A DNA stretch of 64,000 bases from Marsupella aquatica (GCA_973895155.1 OZ316891.1:778143-842142); one strand, 5' to 3'; shown: positions 50,539 through 64,000, counted from the stretch's first letter. Made by a program: numbers and translations. The notes: generated from the sequence alone by a model not told the origin.

Positions 50539-53500
50539 ATAGGTGTAGGATAGAGTTAGGAATATGATAGTCAGGAGATAAGGACAAGCGCCAAAACTAG
50601 TTAGCGGCGCTGTCCTATCCAACCAACCTTTGTAGTTAGGATCTTAGAATAAGACACGCCGTTTTACGGCCTGATAGTTAGCAGAGTTTAGAATCTGGGA
50701 TAGCTTAGATTTGAGCATGTGGTCGGTCCGGACCCCGTCTCTTAGTATTTAGTGCACCCCTCGGTAGAGGCAGGGAGGATTTTAGTTTCAAAACTGGGTA
50801 TCCGCAGGATGTGCGGGGAGTCTCGGCCTTTGTGAGTAGGAGATCCCACGGAGGGAGGGTATGACTAAGCTTGCTAGGCGATTGCGGAGCTGGGCTCTGT
50901 TGTAGTGTACGCCGCTCTACCATTGGGCCTGTTTACTCAAGAGATGTCGAGTCAACCGTGTGTATGCGTATGAGGGATTCCGAAGTAAGTCTTTTCCCAC
51001 CATTTCCTTAGTGTAAACCGAGATTGTATGTGTGTGAGTTCATTTGCCAGCATGAAGTCCTTTGGGGTCCAAAGTTTTGTCGGACTGTTTCATCGTTTCG
51101 TTGTGTCCGACGACAAAACCAAGTCCTGAGTCTAATGCTTGGCCGAACGCATCATCCGAGCCGTGCACGGGGTGTAGGCTGTGGATAGTGGTTGCGAGCC
51201 CGGGTTGGATACCCGTATCATCGGATCCGGATCGGAGGCGGACAGTACGAAGGCTTAAAAGCCCTTAAGCCAGGGTCAATCCAGCTATCGACTTAAGGTA
51301 TGTTCCGGCGGCGGAACACAAACTATACCCATGACATTTTTATGAGTAGGAATAGGCGCACTTAGCGCTAGATTACGGGAATAAGGTCCAGTTTGCACAT
51401 CCCTCCTTGCCCGAAACCTCAAAACTAATGAAGATTATGCCCGTCGAAGCCGAAATCCGCACAAGGACGAGGCTTTTGGCGTGACAGAGGAGCATGCCCG
51501 GCTAAGACATGGATGATCTCTTTAGTAAGACTCTCCTTTACTTTTTTCTTACTTTAGTAGATATAATAATCTATTAGGCCTATAAGTGTACTATGGTTGT
51601 GTACTATGCTTTTGTTTCAAGAGCATTATGGGAAATTCCAGCCCTTCAAAACGGAGTTCAGAACTTCAGCTTAAGCTCTCATTTTTGGGGGCCCTTTGTG
51701 ACTTTCTCTTTGTATTTTGCAGGGCAGAAAGAATGCCAGCCAAGATTTGGATCTCACATTACTTTTACTAAAGATAGTAATAATAAAATTGCTCAGGCCT
51801 CGGATTCAGGCCCTGTTTCCATAGCAATATAAGCATTAATAGCCCCTCTCGTTTTGTAGGGGCATTTTATATCCCACAATGCGCAGGACATTCGTCTAAT
51901 ACGTAAACCCCCAATTCGCGTTTTGGGGCGACAGGAAACGGTAAAACCGGCATGTCTCATTATTAGCGACGCGGGCCCCACTGACGTCGGTTCCATGCCA
52001 CTCCTCGAGGGCCAGGAGGGGCGACTGGGAATCTGGGACTCGGAATCCCGTTACTGTTACTGGACGTACTTAACTGTAGTAGAGGAGTCTACAGTCGCGC
52101 GAGTTTATTAGTGGACTGCAGTATGCTGTACTGCTGGAGTGTACAGCGGCGTGAGTTTAGTGGACTGTACTGTGGTCTGTTTGCGTTGATCTCGATTCCC
52201 GAGGCGGAGCAATGGACGGAGGGCGGTCGTCGTGTGGTCAGAGTTCCGACGAGCTACCGCCGTCGGAGGACCGTTGAAAGAAACCAGTCAGGGGTCCGGG
52301 GTCCCGGTCGTCAACGCTGCGACCGCCCGCAAAGGTCATGGTGGTTGTTTATCGTTTATTCCGTATGGGCCGTTGGGACCAGCGTATTTTTTAAAGGTTT
52401 CTAGCTTTTTCGCCAGAGTGGTGAATGTCCTTATCGTGATGGAGAAGATGCTCAAAAGATTCTTTTTTCTGATTATTTTCCAGACCGTCAGATCTCCCTA
52501 GATTTAAGGACTACCATTAGATTCTGGCTAACGGGGCCTGTGATTAGGCGGGACACTGGCTAATGAGACAGAAAAATAATAACTAATTTTTGCCAAAAGT
52601 GGGCGAAAGCTTTTTGGGGAGGTGGAATTGGGTTAATTCTTGCCACTAAGTAAAACTCTGGTTGGGAAGTTGGCATTGGGGGCTCAAGGGTGAGGATGAA
52701 TTGAGGCGAGAGTGGGGGAGTATGGGCCATCGGGACTTGTTGGCGTGGGGGGCTTGAGGGTGAGGGTGAACTCAGGTGCAAGTGGGGGCATATGCGGTTG
52801 GGACTTGTTGCATTTGGGCTAGACGGTCAGGGGGAATTGAGGTAAGGGTAGGGGCGGGTCCATGTTAGAGCATCTCCACTGGTGCTCCTTTTCACCCACT
52901 GGACCCTACAATGAACCATGAGGGAAAATTTGGTGAATCTGTTTCTCTCCCCACCAGTAAAACATAACACAAATCTCTAGATATTTAGAGGTGAGCTTTC
53001 AAATGCAAATTGTCAACCTAGAGTTGCAAATCAGCCGTGATTCACACTTCTATTTCTCATCAACGATAGAAAATACACATGTACGGTGGGCCTGTCCATT
53101 TGTAAGTACATTTGAAGGTACACTTGAAGGTACAAAATCATGATTTGGGGAATGGGGGTCAGTTTGAGGGCTTTGGTTGGTTGTGGAATCTAGAGCAACA
53201 TGGTCATCTCCAAGCCAGTCAATGCACCTCTAAATTTATTGTTTGGGGAGATGTTCGGGCATTACAAGAATGACTGAATATTTGTTGTCTTCCCCAAGTT
53301 GTATTATACAGCTAACAATTGAGGGAAAGTTTTCACTCTTCCTCTATTGTGTTTTTGAAAACTTCCAAAATCTGGAATGCACTATCAAGGTCTTACACTC
53401 ATCCTGTAAGCTTCTGGTGAGCTAGTTTTGCCATTGAAAAGGAAACAGACAATAAGCCTGGATGAAGCACAACATTTGACAAACAGCTTGGGCTTACCAT

Positions 53501-54699
53501 TATCACTACTCCCAACCATTAGTTTTATGTCACAAATAGTGTTTCATTCAATTAGTGTTAGTAAATCTAAATCAAGTAAGTCTAAATCAAATGAAGAAGT
53601 AAATCTTAACACAAAAATAAAGCTTAACACGAGGGCCCTCTTTAGGAGGCCTCCGGGGGTTTTGCTCTGCCTTGTTCGACCTTGCCGTGGGGTTTTTTGC
53701 GGCGGTGTAGTCTATATATAAAAGAAACTCATTCCAATGAAAACAAAGCTTAACACTCACTTTGGTTAGGGGAGAACTTTGACGTGCCCTATTATTTCCA
53801 TACTGAGCGAGGCAAACGCAAGCATAGCTTTGTGCTCCCAAGACTCTACACTGTTTCTCGTTCTCTCAAACTCAGTCCCTCTCAACTAGAAAGTTAGTGC
53901 CAATTGAATAGCTCGAATTACTCGATTCACTCATTCCAGCCATCATTGGAAAAGCCATCATTGGATTGGGCCATTGGCACAGTTTCTGTTACTTAGCCGG
54001 ATCGAGACTTTGATCGAGTCTTTCCCACCTTTCCACATGAAGCTCAGTCAAGGCGTGAAGACATCAGTCAATATGGCCGAGTCAGTCGTTCTAATTTCTC
54101 GGTTGATTTGGCTCAAATCCAACTGTTGACGACCGTCTGTAACCATGTAGCAAAGAGTTCAGTAACAATCATTCTACCATGGATCGTCGGACCAAAATCG
54201 AAGCTGGATCACGGCGTGGCATAGTAAGTTCATCACTTTTTTGAATTCGGATGGAAATGCAATTTAAGTGTTTGAGTCTTCACCACGTGAAATGGTGGCT
54301 AACAAATTAGGACGTGCATGTGCTCATCCGGCTCCGTGATGAATGCCTTGAAATCCTCTCACATTGGGTTCAGAAGTCAGAACTGTTCATAGCCGAATAC
54401 AACAGTCACGCAAAAATAGTGCGACAGAGCAACAGACCGTCTACATCGGGATTTATGTAATAGAAAAGTAGTCCCATCCAAGAACAAATCGAGCTTTCAC
54501 AGCAGCAGCATGATTGCGGATTGTGGAGCTTTTTGCTAAGGATAGAAGTCAACATGTTTAAAGTGAAGAAAGGAGGTGGCCATCAATCTCTGGTCAATGT
54601 TGAGTTGGCTGGCGAGCAAGCGTTGAAGACAGCGCTGACTCAATTGTGTCCCTAGCTAAGTGCGAACTTTCGAGCACCTTTCGTCAGGGGGAATTATTC

Positions 54700-55750
54700 T
54701 AGACATGGTTTCATTGGGCACTCAGATTCTACAAGAGGATAGGTGCTGAACAGATCTGTGTTCTATTCATGGGTCCACACCTGGTGCCAAACCCTGATCA
54801 TGTCCCTTGCCGTGGATGGCAAAAGCTGCTACCTTGTTTTGTATGGGAACTGTAAGGGCACCCTCCCCAAACCGCAATTGCTTGATTTGCTCCTCTGACC
54901 TCGGAGATTGTTGGAAACGGGGAAATGGCTGATATGGTGTTGAGGAGACGTGAACGGGCTCAACTATTTGTTATGGAGGGTGGTCCGTTCTATGCGTATT
55001 TCCAGGGGGTTCAGAGGAGCCTCAAACCCCAATTTGGAAGATACTATGTGCTAAAGAGTCTGGATAACAGAAAATAAAAGCGTCCACAGTAGATACAAAG
55101 ATGGTCTGCAAAGGTTTGGATGAATTTGAGGGCTCAAAGTGAGGGCCCTACTGCAACCTTGCCCATTGAAGTTCCTGACTTGCGTTTGCGAGACCAATGG
55201 AGGAAGTATTAATGTCTGTCTTTTAAGGCAACCTTGAACCATTGACTACATTGTGAAACATGGATTGCAGAAACACCAATATTAGTTCTAAACAGTGCCT
55301 TGGATTGGATTATGAAGTTATCATACTGGATCTAAACGAAGAAGGCGGTTAGATTTTTGGAGGGGATTGGCTCTTGCAACAGAAAGAACCATGTTCTCTA
55401 AGATCTATTTCGTTTTGGAGATGACTTCCACATTTGTACCCAACAACGCAAACGGAATATCTGTCGACAAGACGATCAAGGGAAAACACACCCCTTGATA
55501 AAAGAGGAAGGAAATACCCATCAAGGAGAATATCATAGAAAAATAGGACAGCCCACAGAAATGAATCAAGTAGGTTGGACCACCCATTACAACGAACATC
55601 ACAAAAGACGACCCATCAATCACTCCACCGCAGGAAAGCAAGGTTCCGGTGTCAAGGACCCAAAAGATCGAAAATCATCCCTCTTTTCATTGCTCCCATA
55701 TCCTGGAATGAGAGTCGGCTGTTAAGGGCATTGGCATCAACAGGTTTTTC
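54700..55750 (+). mobile_element. Possible highly degraded L1-type LINE ORF1 remnant
   Basis: Broken frames give AQLFVMEGGPFY and KVWMNLRA..LPIEV, weakly resembling DUF4283-type LINE ORF1 motifs; many stops. Confidence 0.2.
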
Positions 55751-56062
55751 TGGAGCTTGCTAATAGGCATGAGCACCAGATATGGAATCTCTTGTGCAGT
55801 ATGCTAACCTTCAACAGCTAACTGTGACTTAATTGATACACGATACAATATTCTAAGCCGGCTGGTGGAATAATCACCCCATGTCTCTTGCTTCAAACTA
55901 ATTATCTACAGTCTACTGTTCGAGGTTTGCAACAAAACTTTATGGACATATGTCAATCTTTCAGGATTTGCAGTAATTACAGGGCTTATTCCTTTGTTAA
56001 AATGATCCTCATGAAGAATGAAAATCTGAAATAATAAAAAATGGGATTGACAACATGGTATA

Positions 56063-59000
56063 CTACAATAAAGTACACGTATCTAATCGCACAATACTTT
56101 CCAGCCTCACAATACCCTGATCATCACGAACTTGCAGCTTTGCAATGGGCTTCGGTGAGTCCCAGTCTACCTGTGATCCAACATCAAAAGACATAACAGC
56201 AGGAGTCAATCTTAGCTTTTAATAACGGAACGAGTATCTCTGTCGACAGCTCCTGAAACACAAGAAAGGCATGATCCAGTTTCTAGTTAATCTAACTAAT
56301 CGTCTTAGAGTGGTCTTCACCTCAATCATGCCAAAAGCTGGTCCAGAGACAAAACCGCATTCACCGTCAGGTCTCAGCCCATTTTTATCCACCCGGTAAC
56401 CTGAAGTCCAAGACATTCGATCATTAGGTAAGACGAATAGCTTTAAATTCAAAAGCTGCTTTAAACAAGTGAAGGATTCAGTTTCCTTGATCAACTTGGC
56501 CATAATCTTACACACAATCGCCAGACCCTTCCTCTTTGTGTACAGGAATTAAAAGAGGAGGATGGACGTAGATTTACGTACCATCACACGAAGCCTTCTG
56601 ACCAGTGTCTTCAGTAAGACCACTTGCCATGATCTGTGACGCACAGATCAAAGTGCGATTCAGAAACATTTTTCTAACGAAAGTCCACAGGAAGGAGCTT
56701 ATTTCATTAACCAAACCAAGTCTGCTAATGTGCAAGCTCATCACATTATCCAACGTACATGCAGAACATGATAAACTGCTTCTGTAAGGACCCTTAGACC
56801 CAAGGTCCACCTCCACTAAAATCTTGAAGAAGTATGCCAGAATGCTAACAGTTAAAAGATGTATTCACTAGCTTTATGATAAAGCCGGCTATTCTCTGCT
56901 ATTTATCTTCCTCGTTGCTGTACAATATAAAGAGGAGGAAAACCTGGAAAATCGGATGTGGCAAATCATTAGACGCATACGCCTCACTGTAAGGCTGCTT
57001 GCCAGGCTGCAAAACCTGCCGGGAAAGGAAGGAAACAAGGACGTCAGACTCTTGTCGCATACTTAGAACCCATGTCTTCGTGTCTTTCTATGGCGCTTTG
57101 GCAGCCATTTAGCGAGCCTAAATACGCTCAAGAGTATTTAGAGCGCTCTGCTTAGGGAACTTGATATCATAAATTCTTGTTCAAAGTATTTCCATCGATA
57201 GTAGAACAGGGTTGAAGAAATGAAGATACCTTGATATCCGAGTAGTGAAAGTCTCCTGTCAGCACAACAGCACAGCCTCGAGCATTTGCCAGGTTGTGCA
57301 GCAAATTGATCTGAGCAGGTTTGAAGCAATCATAATCATCGTAACATGAGCAGTTTACTGCTGGCCTTTTTCGTATAGCATTGGCACAAACCTGCAAAGC
57401 AACAGTGTCTTAATTTAGCTTCTCAATTCAAAATTCATGTTGTTCTTCTTGTGAACTTTTCCTCACCGCCTTATTCATTCCAGACTCAGAAATGAGAATG
57501 GCATAGGTTAATGACATTACGAAACGCCATGTGCAGTGCGACTATATAAAAAATTCTGTGATCGTATCTATGAACCAACAGCGTTGATATGGAACGATGA
57601 TTCCGACTAATAGTGGATATACCACCAGAATCTGTGGGTGCCACCCATCACTGGAGGCCTCACAAACTGAGAAACTTTAATCCTGACGATAGACCACTTA
57701 CAAAATCATTAGGATTGTTAAACGCAGGAGACCCTGAGACAATGAGCTTCAGTGGCGCTTTAGATAAATAAAGTTCATCTTGAAGCCATGATCGTTGCTC
57801 CGAACCAAGAACCTGTCGATGAAATAAATTATTGCTTTAGTCACAGTGCTTTCACGACAAATAGCCCCACTAGTGGAGTGCAATGCACGATCAAGGAATA
57901 CGAAGATATCCGCCCAAGGCTAGTTTGCTTTACCTCATGAAATGACTCAAAAATACATGATAATTGGAGACAGCGACAAATTGTTCATAAGATTAGTCTC
58001 CTCCAGGCACCACCAGAAATTACCTCACAAAGAACACCATCGTCGTATGATCGAGAGGATCCAGAACTTTTGCGAACGGGATTACCAGTCTCGTTATCAA
58101 CCGCAACATCAGGTGCCCCATACATCTTGGACTTCGGATTGCAAGCCGCCTCCCACAAACCATCACCAGGGTTCTTGTTTACCTTGCACCAACCTGGCGT
58201 CAAAAAAACTCGTTAAATCCTGCTAGACGTGGAAAACACAACCTCCATCCGCGTAGCATGGGCCATAACTGTTAGCAAATTGGGTGCAGAAAAAGAATTA
58301 ACCCTTACACAAGCATTTGTCACCGAGATGGCCTATCGGTGCGTATTACTCGCACAACAGATAGCAAGTAGTCTGCTCGACACGCAAATTACAAAATCTC
58401 ATAGAATACATTCAAACTCATCTCAGTAGCATCACTGGAGCTTTGAGTGGAATGAGTTTTGACAGTATACCTCCCCATATTTGTTCATCCTTCTTGCAGC
58501 ATGCTCCCTGTCCATCCTCACCGCCTTGCAAAAAATCCTTGCACCTAAAAGCCAGGGTAGAATGAAGAAAGGTTACTCCTGCATCCTCAGGGTTTAATAT
58601 ATGACTCACAATTATCTCTTCCAAAACTGAGAGAAACGTCGAAAGAGCAGCAGAAACTACCCTTCTGGGCCGTGACAGAAAATCCTAAAAGAATTTCTCC
58701 TTCTGTTGGAGAAAACAACTTACCACTCATGCTTGTATTTCTTTGGATCAGGCAGATTCACTTTCTCACAAAATTCACGTCTAGTCTCACATGGCTTGCT
58801 GTCGCGGTGAAACCTTTCATCAAGGAGTAGCACATCAATCTCCTTCCCATCAATTCCGTCATTCAGTGTGTGCTGCAGAAAGAAACACAAACGTTTACTG
58901 AGTCAAGCGTGAAGTAAACCCTTCATATGTACTTGTCGTCGGACCTTTGAAGAATGGTAGTTGGCACCAAAAATAAATTTGGTGAAGTAGCAAGTACCTT

Positions 59001-61076
59001 CCAGTAAATACCGCGTTCTTTAGCACGGCGGAGACTGTCAGAGGGTACTCCAAAGGCATTCAGGAAGAGATGCTTTTGCTCTTCTTTTGTCGGTAATCGC
59101 TTATCTCCGTCTTGCCTACAATATCGCATATTCCAAAGATGGGTCAATCCCCTTCCAGACAGTTCCACATGAAGGGAGCCTTTGTAAGCATGCCACTGAC
59201 ACCTTGGTTGGACTCTTACTCAAACCACCACATACAGAGTATCGCTTAGGCTTAGCAAGAGGCTCCACAAGGCATAGACAAAACTTCCGAAGGGAGAGAC
59301 GGCAAGGTCTAACCAGTTATAATCATGATCGTCCCAGGTTCCAACAATGGGCCTGTTGCACAAGGCGAGATCTCCCCATACGGACATCGGACTACTCGTG
59401 GAGTCTGGACACATATACTGCATGAACTGCCATTGCGAGCAGAAGGATCTCAGCATCCAGCGAAAGCCAATAGTGACTAGAGAATTTGGACATGTCATTA
59501 GCGTGCTTATAAGAGTGTTCATTAACTATTACTCTTCCATGTAAACTTCTCAAAATACCCTCTACGATATTTGTAACTCCAATCGACAGTTAAACAGGAT
59601 TGTAATATAAATTCTCACCTCCTTATAATCAGGGTTCTCAAGCTGGATTTCTAGTTTTCGCTTTGCATGTGCTATATCTCCTGCGATACATTCAACAGGC
59701 ATTCCAATGATCAGCTTCGAAAGCACTGCACCCTATGTCTGTGGTCACAAGCTGAGAATTCTTCATGCGCCGATGACGGTAAATCTTGTTTCACTTGAAT
59801 CTCTTCTAACTACCGGGGTATATCAATTTACAAATAAGTTAGGTCCGAGAATAATATAGTCCCATCAGAGTCTCCACCAATCCTCATTCTCCCATCAGAC
59901 AGTCTCCACCAATACTCGTTCAAGTTCATAGAGATATAAAGCCGTAACGAATCCGTGGACAACTTCAATACGGAGTCTCCAATAGTTACACATCATATGT
60001 AAAGTTGAACATGCGAAGCATCATGTCTGCTATGTATCGGTAATGGGTCTTCAAAGACTATTGACAAACCTGAGAAGCAAGTCTGCCGATTGTTGTGGAG
60101 CCAAGTTCGAGTGCAGTTACACTGCTTATCTTCTGGGTTTTCCTTGCAGTTGATATCAGGCCAATCCATATACGCTATATCCCCCGCCCTGCACAAACAA
60201 CCAGATGACATAAATTTTCATGCGAGAAGAAATTCTCTCGAAAGCATTACTTCCTGAGATCACACCATAGTCCGAATGGTCTAGGTAGCTGAACTGCACA
60301 CGAGTCCTTCGGAAATATAAATAGAATAAGTACTTATGTCCTGTATCGTAATTGGAAATTGCACACCAGTGAACAAATTAGGAATAAATCATCCATCAAA
60401 AGACATTGATAACCCTCAGTGACCGTGTTTTCGCTGCATCTTTCATGGGGAAATTTATCTATCAGAAACAATCAAATTTCAGAAGCAACAGACGACTGAC
60501 TTTTCAACAGCCAAAATTAATGAAAGTGTCCTCGTGTATACAAATAAGGTTGGAGATCAGGGCAAGGAGTATGCACCATATCCACGCATCAGGGTTGCTG
60601 GGAATGATGCCTTCCCGCCAAATGGGCTGCTCAATTGGCTTCCGTGACGTGCACGAACCGAATGCTACCCTGGACACAATTTTCCGCTCAGATTTGCCAC
60701 CAGTTTCTAGTACATCGTCTTCACTTTTTGCTCCCTCAATGTTATACACCGCATTGTCACTTGTTGTCGTTGCGATGATCATTTCCCCGTCATCTGCAGG
60801 GGCTCGGTATAACCCATCTGAGATGTGATTGAGGGCATTTCTCTGAGATAGAGAGGATTGCTGGGACACCACTTCCAGGTCCACGTTGAGTGTGGCGTGG
60901 CGATTCACATGGAATGTAGGCCCGACTGCGGAACTAGCTGTGATGGATGAGGTTAGGTGGAACAGGAAGACGATACATCCAAGAGATGCAGCGATCGTAA
61001 CTCCCAGGAGCAAATTGTCACAGAGGTCACGCTGAGATCGCCTAAATGTTATTCTCCTACCGTTTGGTCCCATCAT
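56063..61076 (-). CDS. phoD: PhoD-like (alkaline phosphatase D family) metallophosphatase with N-terminal membrane anchor and Cys-rich inserts; 14 exons: 61076-60577, 60188-60070, 59680-59619, 59426-59314, 59115-58998, 58872-58724, 58544-58471, 58193-58024, 57812-57702, 57391-57230, 57015-56944, 56633-56582, 56400-56321, 56170-56063
   Basis: GT-AG introns keep the frame throughout. PhoD motifs: RVAFGSC, WIWAGDIAYMD, GTWDDHDY, LLDERFHR, VLGSEQRSWL, KLIVSGS, VVLTGDFHYS, IMASGLT, FGMIEVDW. Hydrophobic segment LLLGVTIAASLGCIVFLF near the N-terminus. Confidence 0.9.
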
Positions 61077-62594
61077 TGATCCCCCTTGTCGTCCAATTTG
61101 CACTGGATTGTAAATGGATTACGCCTCCTTCAGCACCAATGAAACCAGAGTCTCCTTCAACAGGACATTAGACCTTAGGCTAATCATTCCCTCATTCACC
61201 AGCTCCGAGGCAAAATTGGTATTGGAGTAACAACCTTTCACGTATCCATGTTCCTCAAGCACAAACTCATTTCACCAAACCTTCTGAGATTCAGAGAACA
61301 GCGCCAAATTCTTCTGCTGATCTTTATGTCATTGCGTAATTGCCAAATTCACAACCGAACGAGAAATGCTGGAGACCATGAGAGTACGAGAGGGCAAAGT
61401 AGCAGGAGATTTACTGTGTAGCGCAGTTTGGGGCATTTTGTTCAAATTCTGATTCTGATTGATCCGGAGAAGAATGCCAAATTCTGCTGAACCTTACCAC
61501 ACCATTACCTCACTTTGTCACACAACTCACGACCTAAAAGACGTAATTCTGCAGAGACGGACAGCGCGCTGCAGTAAGATCCGAGGACCGACTGGCCTCG
61601 AGTTCAGAGGACTGAAAGTTCTTCTCGCGATCCCGCTCCTTGATTAATCAACCTAAGACAATAAGAAATTCCTCTGGGGACTCGAGCACAACATATCACT
61701 AGCGCGGTGAGATCCCACCGACTCCCTTACAGTTGGGAGAAAACGAGCTCAAAACTCTGCTCCACATTCACCAGTCCCTCGCTTAGACAGGATCCACCTC
61801 CAAGAAAAAAATTCTGTAGAGAACAAGAGCACAATGTGGACCCATTGATACGCAGCAAGATCATTTCAACCCCAGCCCCTCTGATTCCAAAAATACCAAC
61901 CAATTCCCGCCCCTGCTCACGACACCATCTCCTCCCCCTGTTCCGCAATCCACGACCTAGAAATCAGAAATCACACACATTACTGTACTACTAGACGCCA
62001 ATTCAGCACCAGGAATTTGAGCCATCTGGACAAAGGCCAGAATATAGGCACTCGCTCTCGATGCCGAGCCAAAGAAGAAGGTCGGTACTTCGTCGGCAGG
62101 CTGGCACCGAGGAAGGCATAATCAGCATCTGCAACGACCAACAGGGGAAACAGAAGGGGAGCATCTAAACGACTCAGATTCAAAGAATCTGCTGTTGCGC
62201 TACAGAGACAAGATCACAAGACGGTACTTCAGTGTTGCTGCAGGGGACTGATTACTTATTAGGTGATGAGTGCAGGACGGCATCAAGCACAGCAAGAGGA
62301 GAGCTACTGTAGTGGGATCCAGTCACAACTTAATGTCGGTCCGCCATGATGGAACGTCTTTCAGCCGATGATTGTCCGTTCAGGGCGGGTATCTTGCTTT
62401 CCCGAAATCCCGAACTCGATTGATCTTCTGAAGCAGGTACCTACTGTACTCTACGACTGCACCGGGACATCCACTGCACGACATTTGGTGGAAACTGTGG
62501 AGCAATTATTGTGGACAACTCGAGAGGAGGTGACCGACGGAGTGGCGTGCCTTTCGGAATATAATAACCGACAGTCCTCACGGATTGCATCTGA

Positions 62595-62625
62595 GAGCAG
62601 CAGAGCAGAGCAGAGCAGAGCTGCA
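62595..62625. repeat. (GCAGA)n microsatellite upstream of the PhoD-like gene
   Basis: agcagcagagcagagcagagcagagc. Confidence 0.75.
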
Positions 62626-62821
62626 GAGAGAGACGAGACAGAGAGGAGGGAATGGGAATGGACGACGAAATGAATGCACAGCTGAAAAGGAGAAGCTATG
62701 GGCTATGGCACACTACCTCACGACCTCACGGGCAAATCAGGCAGCGGCAAATAATTTGTAATCAGTGTGTGCCACAGAGACAACAAACACCCACCTGCGC
62801 TTTCTGTGTGAGAAGAATGAG

Positions 62822-63080
62822 GCGGCCTATTTTTTAGAGGCCAATTTTAGCCAAATTCCACCTCCTTAAAAAAGTGTTTGTCACTTCTGGCTAACATTAG
62901 CTAGATTTCTTTAATGTCATTAGTCACTTTTCCCACCTAATCAAGGACCCCATTTGCCAGAATCCATTGCCAGAATCCAGCTGTCATCCTTAAATCTAGG
63001 GATATCTGACAGTCAAGAACTCAAGATGGAAAAACTGACAACAGTATTACTATCATCTCTTCCCTTAGAGCTGACATTGG
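62822..63080 (-). repeat. Dispersed repeat, inverted copy of the 3780-4127 terminal-like sequence
   Basis: The reverse complement reads ctctaaggga...gtcagatatccctagatttaaggatgac...gattctggcaaatgg...aaattggcctctaaaaaataggccgc, colinear with 3794-4127. Confidence 0.55.
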
Positions 63081-64000
63081 TCACACTGCCTGAAATTAAA
63101 AAACCTTAAAAAATAAGCTGGAGTGAGGTGCTCAAGAATTATTTGGCAGCAAAAGACTTGATGGGCCCCTTTAGGTAAAGATATCACTAACCAGCCCCTC
63201 ACTTTTGAAATAGATGTCCGAGGCCCTTTGTCCCAGCAACCCTTACTCATGACCTGTGTGATTATTATTTCCCTTTTTTTTAATTCTAATCAGGTGTACT
63301 CCTTGGAAGTATTTTTCTAATGTATTTTTGTTTGAAAGTACTAACATATAGTACATACATAGTGCTTAGACCTTGTCACTCCTCTATTCATTTTATTCTT
63401 ATTTTGAAGTACTTCTACACAGGAACTAAGTAGTATTTATTCTCTTTATTTATTCCTTGACAATCTTTACTTATTACTTATTGGTCAGCCAATCACATAC
63501 CCTATTTTCAACCATGTTTCACAGTTCACAGTGATTAGACATTTCATTCACTAGCATTGGATTGTGAATTCCAAGTATGTGGGTATCTGAAACATTGATA
63601 GTACCCTGTAGACTAAGGTGTTGGTCTAACTGTGATGTTTTTGCAGAATTGAAATAAGAACTATTCTGGAGTAAAGCTGCATGCTGGACTTGTCAATGTC
63701 TTTATAGTTTTACAGATTGGACTGGTGGTCATGGAGTGTTACATGCAAAGTGAACTTTTTTAGTGTCACTTTGAGTAAACACAGATGTGAATTTCAGTAT
63801 GATTTTGATAGCTAATTTGGTGGTTGTTGCACCAACATTAAGCTCGAATTTTCAAGGTCATTTAACTGCTTTTACATTTGTTACCATGTGCATGCTCTAT
63901 GCTCATTTTATGAATTCCAATGATTCCTTGTGAATTCAATTAATGCACTCTGTACTAAGCTAAAGAATAGAAATTGTAGTTTAAGTGGCATTGTGTAAAT

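Larger units (their letters stand above)
41088..51486. mobile_element. Outer LTR-type element (probable solo LTR) split by nested insertions
   Basis: Ends TGTGACGCC ... GGCGTGACA (8/9-bp inverted repeat) flanked by a perfect 5-bp direct repeat GAGGA (41083-41087 and 51487-51491). Its own sequence is 41088-41370 plus 50539-51486. Confidence 0.75.

Noticed and set aside
61100-63100. Search for P1BS (GNATATNC) phosphate-starvation elements upstream of the PhoD-like gene
   Set aside because: Only imperfect matches were seen by eye; no site is claimed.

Overview
Eukaryotic, repeat-rich genomic DNA from a land plant, probably a non-seed plant such as a bryophyte or lycophyte (inferred from gene and TE types). 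Two intact spliced host genes lie on the minus strand: a 10-exon NAT11/12-type nucleobase-ascorbate transporter (18372-23435) and a 14-exon, Cys-rich, membrane-anchored PhoD-family phosphatase (56063-61076). Most of the rest is transposon-derived. It includes a degenerate CRE-like (RT + RLE) non-LTR retrotransposon whose 3' end also forms a local tandem array, and a full-length degenerate Ty1/copia element (9237-16056, 344-bp LTRs). A nested complex bounded by a GAGGA target-site duplication (41088-51486) contains a deleted second copia fused to the 3' part of another LTR element. That element carries a ~1,090-codon ORF with a plant-mobile-domain-like motif and a coiled coil in the env position; an inverted partial copy lies at 33916-35850. 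The most striking item is an intact, intronless ORF (6595-7626) that reads like a filamentous-ascomycete F-box-like protein, a candidate fungus-to-plant horizontal transfer. No database search was possible; all family assignments rest on motif recognition.
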